64,000 nt of DNA from Azolla caroliniana (lineage: Eukaryota; Plantae; Polypodiophyta). The notes under the pieces are model-generated. The model made no database searches, had not been told where the DNA came from, and saw nothing but the letters and a program-made list of their open reading frames with translations. The stretch is taken from NCBI GenBank assembly GCA_043228905.1, contig JBHGNT010000009.1, positions 7,688,001-7,752,000 on the forward strand, in the 5' to 3' direction. Within the stretch, counting starts at the first letter, position 1; every line of letters starts with the position of its first letter. Position numbers and translations under genes: made by a program. Shown one piece after another: positions 51,701 to 64,000 of this stretch.

Positions 51701-53548
51701 GGCCTTGGAGACAACGGTGGAGGCTGAAGAAGAAAATCAGCTTTTCTCTCTTGAATGGGTACTGTTCTAGGTTGTTGACCTGATAAAGAAATCAAAAGCA
51801 AATCAATCAGATTTAGTGAGCTATGCTTCTGATCATATGAAACATATGGTTGACATTTGATTATGAAACATACACCAGGTATAGGATGGCACCAAAATCG
51901 AATTGATAGAGAGAATTTTCCCAATTTTGATAAATAGACACAACAAAACATCTTCCAAAAATGCCAAAAGAGAATGATTGAAAATTCCTCCGTTGCAAGC
52001 AAATGGCCTGGATTTGTCTCTTCAATAAAAGCTGTATAAATGATGTTATATTGATGTAGGCACTGCTGCAATGGTCACATTTACATTTGTTTCATTACAT
52101 ACATCCTTTAAATCTTCGTTAAAAGGATGTAGCCACTGTTGCTGAATGAACAGGACTAAAAGGATGTAATGCAAAATTACTACATTGCTTGTCATGATTA
52201 AAAACAGATGCAATATTACAATGTGGCTGTCATAACCATAGTGATGTTTCTTCCATCAAAGTCCAAGAAAACCAGGAATGTGTGAATCCATTATCCATCC
52301 AAAAACATGTATACAAACATACACATACACGCATATATACAAACTCAAACAGATGTATTAATCCATACAAATATAAGAACACGTACTACTTACTTACATC
52401 AATACATATATAATTACTACATACAACTACATGCATACTGATACTTGTACACAAACAAAAAAACAATCGAAGAGTGGAAGGAGGAAAACATGAAACCTGG
52501 ATATGAAGCCATGCCGGAGCGGTAGCCATCAGAGCTGACCGAAGAGATGCTATGTCCGCCTTCCCCTCGATAATGTCCACCTTCAGCGCGATGATATTGA
52601 TCCAAATTGAACCTTTGGTGGACGCCCCCTCCTCGGCTACTTCTCCCACCTCGAACTCCTCCTTTTCCTATTTCTCTGCCTCTTTCTCCTCCTCTACCAC
52701 CATAGCCATAGATAGACAATCCTGCACCTTTACCTTCACCTAGACTTTGAGGAGCATTACCTTGATCACCAGACCGAGAATTATCACCAACACTATTATA
52801 GCCTCTATAACCATAGCCAGAAGTGGTGGTATCAGGAGTAATTGTAGACTGTGGGCCTCGAACACCATGTCTACGAACCCCTACTCTTTCGCTATCTCTT
52901 TCGCTATCTCTTTCTCTAACTCTATCTCTATACCTATCTCTATCGCTATCCCTATCCCTATCCCTATCTCTATCTCTATCTCTATCTCTATCTCTATCTC
53001 TATCTCTATCTCTATCTCTATCTCTTTCCCTATCCCTATCCCTATCCCTATCTATATCAATATCTCTGTCTCTGTCTCTGTCTCTATCTCTTTCTCTTCC
53101 TCCTCCTTGATCTTCACCTCTTCTCCCACCATAGTCGTAGCTACTGCTATCCTCTGCCTCACCTGTCCTCCCTGTTCTTGACAGAATCCTTGCTCCTTCA
53201 TTAGACCTCCAATGCTGAGATACTGAAGAAGAAGAGGTAGTAGAAGAAGAAGAATGTGGCCTCTCATTCCTAACCCTCCACCCCGAAGCTTCATGACTCC
53301 TCTCTCTCTCATGAGCTCTTCCATGTTGTTGGTGTTTCTGATGATGATGATGTTGTTGTTGGTGGTGGTGGTGGTGGTGATGCTGATGCTGTTGATATTT
53401 ATGATAATGCTGCTGCTGATGATCATGTTGCCATCTAATACCATGTCTCTCATCTGCATCATAGGCAAGACCTTGACCTTGTTTTTTACCTTGACTTGGT
53501 CTTTGTCTTTGACCTTGCCCTTGCCCTTGTTCTTGTTCTTGTACTTGC

Positions 53549-53584
<36 letters not shown>

Positions 53585-53637
53585 GCTTCACCTTGATCTT
53601 TATCTGGTCTTTGTCCTTGACCTCCAATTGGATGCAT
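48740..53637 (-). CDS. AGO7: Argonaute, AGO2/3/7 clade (AGO7-like); exons 53637-52497, 51779-50564, 50261-48740; ~1292 aa
   Basis: N, PAZ (YLPMEVC..GQKY), MID (QCC..NLALKVNAKVGG) and PIWI domains with DEDH tetrad (GADVTH, HREEII, FRDGVSE, YYAHLAA). Two GT-AG introns keep the frame (3879 nt). WPSANKY motif and 2-intron layout fit this clade. Orthology to AGO7 and the start codon are inferred. Confidence 0.85.
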
Positions 53638-54077
53638 TTTTATATATATATATATAAAGGAACCAAGGAAGAAGTATTGCTATTAGTTCACAGGGAACAG
53701 GGATGGAGAATGAATTATATGAATACCGAAAGAAGACAGAACCAAACAAAACAAAACAAAAATATACGAGGGTAGCCGATGATATTGAAGCTGTGCACAC
53801 TGTTGTGTGTAACTGTCTCAGAGACAAAGAGAATACAGAGAGAATACAGAGAGAGAGAGAGAGGGGAGGGGGGTAAAGAAAAAAATCTTCAGAGATTAGC
53901 CACCATTATACCAGAAACAGAAAATTCATGTGCAGTTACAAATTCATGGAGCAGACAGAACAAAGGGGAGGAAAAGGAGGAAGAGGAGAAAAAGGAAAAA
54001 CAGAGTGAATGTTTTTACAGCTCAGTCAGTGGGTTGAAGCTTTTCAGGGAGAAGAAAAAACAGAGGAAGAAGAGCCT

Positions 54078-54334
54078 TTCTTCTTCTTCTTCTTCTTCTT
54101 CTTCCTTGAAAAACAGAGCAAAAGAGTCTTCTTCTTCTTCCTTTTTCTTCTTTCTTCTTTCTTCTTTCTTCTTTTTTTTTTGTTTTTTTTTTTTGCCTTT
54201 TAATTTTGGTCTATGGCTTTTGGATCCTTAGAAGACTCTATGCTGAAGAAGAAGAAGAAGAAGAAGAAGAAGAAGAAGAAGAAGAAAGGCCATATATTAA
54301 TCATTAATCATGTCTCCCATATTTGCTATTCTTA

Positions 54335-54393
<59 letters not shown>

Positions 54394-54400
54394 GGTGGGT
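54078..54400. repeat. (TTC)n, (GAA)n and (GT)n microsatellites upstream of the Argonaute
   Basis: Seen directly at ~54078-54102, 54245-54286 and 54336-54385. Confidence 0.9.
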
Positions 54401-54648
54401 AAGAGAGACAGAGACAGAGATGAGAGTATATAAGTTGCAATTTGGTTGGGATCAATCACATCCCGGACCCCACGAACCATCCTCGTGACCCGCCCACACT
54501 TGCACTAAAGATGTATGGCATCACCCTCTCTAACATAATTTGTAACACATCCTCCTCATTGTCATTCATTTGCCTCCTGACTTTTCGATCATTCTGTTGC
54601 GGATCTTCCTCCCTTGCTTCTAGCCCTGCCTTTTTTTTAACTGCCATT

Positions 54649-54866
54649 CATTCGGGTGTGTCGTTAGCTTGTGCCCTTTGGACCTTGGCGGCATCGTACT
54701 TCAACCGTGTATCATTCGCTTTCTCGTGACTTGGACGTTCTGCCAATAACAAAGATCATTCGGTGTCGTTAGCTTATACCCTTTGGACCTTGGCGCATCG
54801 TACTTCAACCATGTATCGTTCATTCGCTTTCTTGCGACTTGGACATTCTGCCAGTAACAAAGATCG
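54649..54866. repeat. ~108-bp tandem duplication
   Basis: gtgtcgttagctt..ggaccttggcg..aacaaagatc occurs twice. Confidence 0.85.
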
Positions 54867-57800
54867 TTGTAGCATCGCGCTACTGATGTATCAAATAGTA
54901 TGGCACGCCCCCAATGTCGTACACATAGAGAAACTTTTGGGAATGTAAGGAGTGGTAGGGTAGAGTGTAAAGAGAGTAAGGCATCCAGGACTCCACGAAT
55001 GTTAATGAAGAAGTCGGAAGTGGTGCCATGGGAAAGGAAAACACGTCTAGAGATGCATGCATACGTTGCAAGTTTTTATTAGAGTTGTTATAGTTGGGAA
55101 GTAAAGATGAGGGAATCCAAAAGGTGCCATGAAAGTGGGGAATGCCCTAAATTGATTTATGAGTATGGTGTGTATGTTCATTGAAAAAGCCATCCAAGAT
55201 GGAAAAAACTCCCATGGAGAGGGTCATTCCACGAGTTACATTGCTAGTGATAGCAAGGAACTTGTTTTGTTTCTTTGGGATGACTTAAAGCACGACTCTT
55301 CAATGTATTAATGGACAAGAAAAGGACACCACACACAACTTGGCATATAGAAGATGCCACCACATTAGCATATAGAATTTAAGCACATCAACCTTTGTAA
55401 CCACTTGGAACATAGAAGCAGGCCAACCCATGGCCACGATGGAGTTGAGGTTGGGTCTGCTCAACAGTGCAACTGTATCCATTATTAGCGCCCAATTGTT
55501 AGATCCAAAGCAAGTTAGAGTGAGAGATGCTTAATTATGTGCATGAAAATGGTATTAGGCTTATATGGATAGATCATGATCACAATGCTCGAAGTAGAAG
55601 CATGAGAGAGTGGCAACTCTAGTTACATAAATTTTGGGGAGGTGTTTGTGGTCGCTATTGTTAACTACATTTTTATAGTCTATGGCTTACATATTATAAT
55701 CAATTATAGCGCATCTTGGGATTTATAAGAGCTTCAAAAAAATGCTCCAAACCTATAATATCGTAACTTACACCTACATTTTCTTTCCAATGTTAAGGCA
55801 TTATTGTCCCTCTAGTCCTATCAATGATGTAGTTCACCAATAAAGGAAAGCAATACTCAAAGTTCGATGTTACTTTGAGAGGTAACTAGTTGGTAAAATG
55901 AGTTTCTCGTACAAAATTGATAGTGCCAGAAATTTGCAGGTTTAGTTTGTGTTCTTCGCACACCTCTGTTTATTATTTCTAATAAATGTGCGTAAAGAAG
56001 ATTTTGCCAATAGCAAAGAAATTTTTAAACAAGGCCATTTGGTTTTAAGCGGCATCTTGGAAACCTAAGAGAGCGAAACCATTCTTTTTAACGATAAGAA
56101 GGAATGGCGAGTGAATGAATTTTGGAAGGCATGGAAAGATCGACTTTTAGATCCAGGAAATTGGGGTTGGAGTGAATGTCATTATTAAAGATGGATAAAG
56201 TGGACGTGCCGTATCTCAATCACAATAACATTTATAAATCTTAGTCATCTTCTTCAATATTTTAAAGAAACATGTATAATATCAACATTATTGTCATCAT
56301 GATCTCAACGAAGTGTGAGCTAAAAAGAAGATTGTCCTCCACATCATTTATCTTCCCATAGGAGGAATCCTCTTGCCAACTTGGTTCGTTAGATACCCCA
56401 CTTTCTAACGAGACCACATATGCCAATGTTTCCATTTGAATGATGATGTAAACAAACAATCAATGCATGAGCATAGAATTCCTATTTACCTACACCTCAA
56501 GAAATGTATCAATTTTTCATTTCTCTTCATTTGGATATGGACTTGAGCGAGTCGAGCCATTTAAGAATGTAAAAAAACACTTGTAAAGTCTTCGCATTAT
56601 CTAAAAAGTTGTTGTTGCTTATCACATTATATGTGCCACCATTTACCTTATAGGCAGCCAATATTCAAGGTTCAACATATATGGAGTTCATGCTAAGCCA
56701 AACCATGATGGTGATAACAAACCATCATAAAAATAACCTCGAAAGACATAAATGTTTCAATTATATTTCAAATGCGGTTGACAATCAAACTTTAGTGATA
56801 AATTGCCCCTACCAAGCCCAAGACTAGGCCTCCAATTCAAAACAAGATGAATAAATTGTGTTATTTAATGCCCCCACAAACATATGATCAACACCAAATA
56901 TAAGCATTGTCATAAGATGATTAAGGGTCAAAGGTATAAGCACAAGCATAAACTTGTATGACATTTAAGCTTGACATCTTGATGTCTTTCTTGGGTCTCT
57001 TGAATCTTATATGAATGGCTTCACTAATACTTCATATTATTTATTCATACTTACCATGTGAAGCTATGCATCCTAGGCAAATTTCTTAGATCGTGATGAT
57101 TTCTATTGCTAAGCTTGTTTATTTTTCCCAAAAATGTCACCCATTTGTACAAGTGTTGTACAATTGCGACATCATGATGGTAAAACTCTGCCAAAAAATG
57201 CATCAATTATTCCACATATAATTTTATTTCTCACTTTTCAATGTGGAACTAATTGTCATATAATATATAAATACATCATTATCTAGCGTCTTCTGAAGCC
57301 CCTACCCTTCTATATCTCAAATTGGAAATCATTTCTTGTAATTTTGGTAATGAACTTGTGTTAATCTTGTTAGTATTGGAAACAATGAGGTGTGTGCTTT
57401 TAGCTTTACGTAAATTGGGCCTAGCCCCTATGTTTGTACCAACCTTTTTTAGCTTTACTACTCCATATAATCAGCCACATGTGAAGAACGAAGAGATTGT
57501 AAAAGTATTTCCTATCTACATGTGCATTCTCGAAGCTTTTACTCGAGAGCTAGATATTTTTCATTCATTTTGACAAGATACACATGCACATGATACCACA
57601 TTAAATAAAAGGTTGTAGGGTATGCACAAACAACTTAAAAGAAGCAATCAAACTAATTCAATGTTCTGAAAATTCGGTTAGAATAATCAACAATAACCTT
57701 AAGAAAAGAACTAAAATCATCTACTCTCATAATATAGACAAAAACTTTGTGTTGTCAATACATTTAGTAGCTTCATTGTACCCACACATCAATCCATCAC

Positions 57801-59093
57801 TCTGTAGATATGTACTACTTGTATGAATTCTATAGAGAGTACTTGTTACATCGGAATTGGATTTCCATTTTCCAATGTCGATAAGAGGTTTTGAAATAAC
57901 ACTAGCTTTTTAATCAATTATTGATGTGTTTACAACATACTTAACTAAAGATATTCAAATGATACACACTTTCCCTTGGGTGTTTGAGTATAGCCACTCG
58001 TGAAAAATAAGCTACAATAATGTATGCTAGTAATGTAGACACACACTCCAACAATTTCCACGATTCAATATGGGAATTTATGTGTTTCATTAAGACATAA
58101 TGACAAGTAGTAAATTTGGGTATATGTTGTGTAAGGGATAAATAGAACATATACATTGCATATAGACACTTTAGAATTACATATTATGTACATTTGAGTG
58201 TCCATGTTGTCGCTCTTTCCACGACCTTCAATTGTTGCCTTTTGAGCTCAAGTGTCTCAACTTTGTCGATTTCCTTTCCCTCTCATTATGCCTTTTTTCT
58301 TGTGAATTGATTTCATTTCAACGGCGCAAAAGCAAATCATCCTAGCTATTTTATTGAATTCAGCAAACATGTTCATGTCGTATGCTTATAGACTCCACAA
58401 ATTCTGTATCCCTTATTGACATTGAAAAACCATGAAAATCATTAACTATATGAGAACTTGGCAATGGTTCCAACTCACCCATCTCGTGATACTAAATGTG
58501 TATTTGGTCCAAAACCATCACTTTTTTTTAATGGCATGGCTTATTTACATACTATACTCTATAGAAACATCTCACAACACATGCACCCTACGTAACACAA
58601 TCAAAACTTGCATTTCATGGTGGTCCCAAGAATCAAAATGGCTCTTTATTATTTTAGTAGCTAATAACAAATATTAAACCCCCTTTGTTGTTTGCAAGCT
58701 CACTTGCATCACCCCAACTCTTGTTTGATCGCTCTAAAAACTAATACTAAATATGACACCCTTTGTTGGATTTCAGTTGTATATTGTGGTACAATATGTA
58801 TCCAATTGCATAATTTACACAAACTTAATATCCTTCTGAAGTAGTCATATCCATCAAATTACATGTATGCATGCAAATTGTTATTATATGCATATGTCTT
58901 AAACTGTGGTTGAATCTATAGAATGATGTAGTTGAGAGTGAGGATGCATAAATCATCGCCTATGAAGAACTCTACTCACATAGATATTACATGCAACTAT
59001 ATATAACCTTGTTTGAACTTATATAAGGAAACTCAGAGTTCAAGCTTCTCTCTCATTTATCTACATTAGATCGTTATCAATCTGGTGTGGACA

Positions 59094-59098
<5 letters not shown>

Positions 59099-59162
<64 letters not shown>
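59099..59162. repeat. (TC)n microsatellite
   Basis: Seen directly; similar tracts at ~42642-42679 and 60159-60202. Confidence 0.95.
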
Positions 59163-59164
<2 letters not shown>

Positions 59165-60154
59165 GTGAAAACATGCAATCATATTAATAAATGGGCATGA
59201 AAAACACTACAATGGAACCACAACTAAGTGTTATCATCTATACATTGTAGTGAGACACTTTGAATCACCAATTGGCTAGAGGAACACTCCATAGAAGAAA
59301 GAATTTTATCTTGCCCCAATAAATAAATTTGCCACATCAATTTTCCCTTCTAATTTTTTAGATATTCTCTGACTCCATGCTTACCATCAAATACAAAAAC
59401 AATGCATCAAATACAAAAACAACGCACACATCTCAATTATGATGCAATCCCAATATCTCAAAAAAGAGGAAACTAATGTTCATTTCTTCTTCTTCTTCTC
59501 TCTCTCTCTCTCTCACTCTTTATCATAATTAGCTTACCCTAGTCTTTTACACTACTAGCACCACATCTTAGGTTCAAAACCCAAATTTCTGACCTCTCTA
59601 TTACATCATATATATATATATATATATATATATCTTATTTCATTAGATGCCAATGTCAAAAGTAAGGGTTGAACCCATAACCACTTTGTCTCCATTGAGC
59701 TACATCCATTTGGGGTCTTTCTCTCTCCATTTCAAGTTTGATCATAGATCTTTTGATTGCACCTCACTAATTTACAATGTTTTTGCTATGGTTGTACCTA
59801 ATAGTAAAGTAGTTCCAATTGTGAAATTTGGATTTGGGTGCATTGTTCAAATTGCATTATTGGCACTACTTTACTAGTTCCAATATAGAACGTAGGGGTT
59901 GATGCCCAACATGTTGCCCTTTGTAAGATTTCCTTACCAACTTAACTCAAGTTCATCCACAAGTATAATCATTATCTACGTATTTCACCATGGCGGTAAG
60001 GCACTTTTCATCACCAACCCATGCAATAGGACCAAAACCTTATTTTATGCTTTGTTTTATAGATGTCATTGTGGAATGAATGGGGTTGAATGTGTGACTT
60101 TCTAGTTTATGTTGGACCACCTTACCAATCGACCTAGAAATCTTTGTCTCCGCC

Positions 60155-60205
<51 letters not shown>

Positions 60206-60845
60206 GTATTAGGCTTGTATCCTACTTGTAAACACACTTTTTTACTAATTGTGCACTCAAGTTCACTTCTCACAAATTGCACCACTTTATTATCTGGTGC
60301 ATGAGAATGTAAGGGTTTGTTGAATGCACTCAAAGTAATGGAGAGCTAGAGAGGTATGATACATAAGACCTATGCTATATATCCATATAAATATTAATAA
60401 TCAAATATGAATGCACATATGCATGACCCTAGATTGTCTAGTACTACAATTGGACATCAAGGGGGCAGTTAAGGAACCAATGTGTAATTGTGTCAAGAAT
60501 ATTGATCGAGGTATTTGAGAACAAGCATGATACGATACATATAATTCATTTTCACATGGAGTATATGTATCATATCCCCTATTAAGATAGAGAATCCTAT
60601 AGGCCTAAGGTACCATGTTATACAATACATTTATAATTGTTTCCTCCACATGGTTTCCATAATGGTCTTCCTACCATTCTCTATTTTGAATCAATATTTA
60701 AGAGGTGCATGTGTGTCAAATAGTGGTATGTAGTCCATGTGTAAGATGTGCTCCACACATATAGGGTGATTGATGAATTAGAATTAGAATTTTTTTATCA
60801 TCCATAAAGAGGCCAGTTTTGACCTATGGGACTAGAGTATACATG

Positions 60846-62069
60846 TGTTGATATGTGTCTCCTTCCTAAAAGGGGTATTCATATATTGACGTCGTGAATA
60901 AAGCATACACATATGAGTTCAACCTTCTAGGCGTTGTCTTAAGTATGGCACTTAAGTTATCACTCATGTCACTGGGTGTGTGACAAGTCAGAGGTTCAAG
61001 TCTAGAATGTGACATTATCCCCCCTTTATGGTTGCCTTTTCGAAAGCGTGGTGTTAGGGTGAGTAGAGATTGGAACACCAACGGACATGAGCGACCATGT
61101 ACGGTCCTCACCAGGAATTGGAACACCAACGAGCGAAGCGGTTGACTCGACTTCTTCTATCATGAGAGGGTAAATAGTCGAGGTTGACCCAAAACACGAC
61201 ACAAATGGAAGTGCTAGTGAGAAACCGACGTGATCCCCACTAGGAAAGTGAGCGGTTGTGACCACCACCGGAACTAGAAGGTGAGCTATCGAAATCGATC
61301 CTCGTCAAAGGAAAGTGGACCAAAATGAAAATGGAGTGCAAGCGAGAAATTATTCGATCCCCACTAGAAAAGTGAGCAATGGTAACCCCCACCGGATTTG
61401 GGAAGGTGAGTGATCAAAATCAATCCTCACCAAAATCGTGATGAAAGATGATACCTCTAGATGATGACAATGACAGTGATGACGATAATAATCGACCGAA
61501 GAAAAGTAGTGTTGACGAAGATGAAGGTTTGCCAAAGTAGCGTTGACGAAGACACATAGTGGTGCTAAAAATGATGATGTTGAAGACAAGGCAACGAAGA
61601 CAATGATGATGAGGATGTGACTCTGGGAGAAAGGACGGTGACGATGGTAACTCTGGAAGCAAGGGCAATGACGAACACAAGTGATGCTTCCAATGGAAGG
61701 TGAACAAACTATCATGGAAAAATAATATGCACAAGAGACTAGAAGAAATCGAATGGACGAGTTGATGAATTGAAAGACTCCGTAATTGGTGTTGTTTACC
61801 TTAAAGTAATCTAGGTGAAGACACCCAATTATACAAGTTCCGAGATTGAATATCTCTAGTCTATACCCGAGAAATATCTCTAGAATATACCATAGACTAT
61901 TTCTAGAAATATATTAAAGACTAGAATATTCTAGTATGTACTATATGCTAAACTATACAATACTAAACCATATATGTACAAGTTCACATATAACTCAAGA
62001 GTTTCCATATGGTTTATCTAACACAACTCTGTGTGACATGTCAGAGATTCAAGTCTAGAATGTGACATT
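60846..62069 (-). mobile_element. LTR retrotransposon relic
   Basis: ~39-bp direct repeat (gtgtgaca.gtcagag.ttcaagtctagaatgtgacatt) at ~60978 and ~62031; the first copy abuts a minus-strand PPT-like tract (aaagggggataa-TGTCAC). Confidence 0.45.
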
Positions 62070-63129
62070 GATTGGAGTCTAGAAGGTTACAACTCCCTCT
62101 TAATATGTCATCATATCTTGAACAAATTGCACCATATGCTGAGCATGTGAAGAGCAAGTGCATTCATCCACTACCATGCCTTCATTGCATACTTTACATG
62201 AAGTCATAAGGAGATTGAAATGTTATTCTAACTCACAAGTTTCATCAAGCTTTCTCACTACTTTGTTCTTTTCTCATAAAGGTCAATACCTTTGATCGTT
62301 TTTCTATTGTGACCATTACCTTTAAATTTAATGATTCGTGATAACTCATGGGCTTAGAACGTTTGTTTTAATGTATGTGCCTAAAGCAAAGATAGATGCA
62401 TGACATTTATTACAATTCGTACCCTTTGTTCATATTTATGCATACAACATGTTGACATTGGAAAATGTAGAAATGCACATCCACAAACACCTTGGAATTA
62501 ATTATGGACGAGATTATTATATCTCCTTTTATTGTATATGGAAACTCTACAAATTTATCTCTAGCAGGTTATACCTTGAGGTGTTAAAATATACACGATG
62601 ATCAGAACAATGAATAAGCAACGTCATACATTTCATTGTCTCACATAGTATACAATGGAGAAAATGGAAAAATGTTTGATCAATGAGCATATAGAAACAT
62701 TCAAGTAGGTCCTTGTCCTATAGTAGGCATTTCAATAGGCAATAAATCGGTTGTGATAGTTTTTGATATTCTAGCATTGTCAATTTATTATTTGATGATA
62801 CACAGGGAGGATGCTTAGGTATGTTTTATTGCCGCTTCTATGTATAAGTTGGAGTGGTTCTTCTATGTATCGTAGTTTGATTTTAAGCTCATCAGGAAGA
62901 ACACCCTCAGGCTAAATCATTTACTTCTCTAGCAAAGTTATACAATAAAAAATTACAGTTTAGAGTTGCAATGTAGGTAGAAATAAGTACCCCATAAAAG
63001 AGTTGAGATTTTAGAAGAAAATTGAATGGTTAATTAAAAGTTTTATTTGTTTCCAATTGAAATCCCTAAGTGTATTGTATATGCGGAATGAAGATAATCA
63101 ATTTACTTCAAAATCCAGAAGGTCACATT

Positions 63130-63600
63130 GCAAATAGCAAGAGGTACAATACAAATGACAAAGGGTATAATTGTTTGCCTTGGGACTCATGGAAATGTCT
63201 CAAGCCTTCAATGGCTCATCACTCAACCATTCCATGCATGAAGGGCACCCCCTCTCTAACTTCTTTGATCTTCCAAATATATCAACCCACACTTTGTCAA
63301 TGACTCTTGAAAGGTCATTCTTCACAACCCAACAAGATTCACATTGACATGTATCCTCAACAACAAATGAGGCCTTGAATGTTCGCAATCTATGCACTTG
63401 TAGTGTTAAGCATAAATATCCCCTGTTCACTAAGATAAAATGTCCAACATAAATGTACCATGGATTTCAGCTTCAACAATAGGCTCCACTTTTGGCATAA
63501 GTCATGATGGACTTCATGCTAGATGCAAATTTGAGATCAATATATTTTGTAGAATGCCCCATCAATCGATATAACCTAGAAACACTTTAGTGCAATAGAA
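63130..63600 (-). pseudogene. Possible MULE transposase relic
   Basis: Broken-frame VISIDGAF and CPSCMEWLSDEP only. Confidence 0.2.
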
Positions 63601-64000
63601 CGGGAAACCCTTTACAAGAGATGCCTTTTTGCTGAAGTCACCAAGAACATTTCTTCCTATATGTGGGATTTTGTCAAGCAACATTATTTTCGGACAAATT
63701 TGGCATACAATATACATAGCAAAATATTTGAGGGAAATGTGAGCTTGGGCACTTCGAAGGACCCTAAGAGAAAATCCTCGGTCAAAAATGGATACAACTC
63801 AATTGGCCTGCAAGGCTCATCACAAGTTATTCTATTTGCCCTGTGCATGTTTTTCCTTTTCCGCATTTCATTAATGGCGCACGTCCAACATTGTCGGGAG
63901 TTTGGTAAGTTTCTTTCAACCCTTGTTAAAAGCTTGTTAGGGGCATCCGACCTTTTGCCGAGAATGTTTCACGTAAAGTTCTATTCACAAAGAATGAAAG

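Noticed and set aside
51780-52071. N-terminal ~97 aa of ORF 50560-52071
   Set aside because: Intron read-through; the acceptor AG lies at 51781-51780.
44977-53637. Functional PPR-Argonaute module
   Set aside because: Only adjacency supports it; PPR genes are numerous and plant neighbours are usually unrelated.
52747-53775. ORFs with (IS)n, (LS)n, (VK)n and (LT)n repeats
   Set aside because: Alternative-frame or antisense shadows of Argonaute exon 1 microsatellites.
54870-60800. Short ORFs in the distal AT-rich region
   Set aside because: No recognisable motifs; probably old transposon decay.

Overview
Plant nuclear DNA; the PLS-PPR style and transposon families suggest a fern or another non-seed plant (inference). 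The first ~44.6 kb is a nest of transposable elements: chromovirus and other Ty3/gypsy pieces, one full-length and several partial Ty1/copia elements with LTRs, PBS, PPT and TSDs, LINE fragments and a DGMDQ-type DDE transposase relic. Two host genes follow, converging tail to tail: an intronless PLS-class PPR gene (+, 44977-47190) and a 3-exon AGO2/3/7-clade (AGO7-like) Argonaute (-, 48740-53637) with a long low-complexity N-terminus. The last ~10 kb is decayed intergenic DNA. The most striking object is a ~3.8 kb Penelope-like retroelement (39181-42992). It has a PLE-type reverse transcriptase and no detectable GIY-YIG endonuclease, a long Asn/Pro-rich leader containing (CCCTAA)7, and a TATA box followed by a minimal type I hammerhead ribozyme at its 3' end. 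It sits exactly at the junction of a recent duplication (at least ~930 bp) of the copia element it interrupts.
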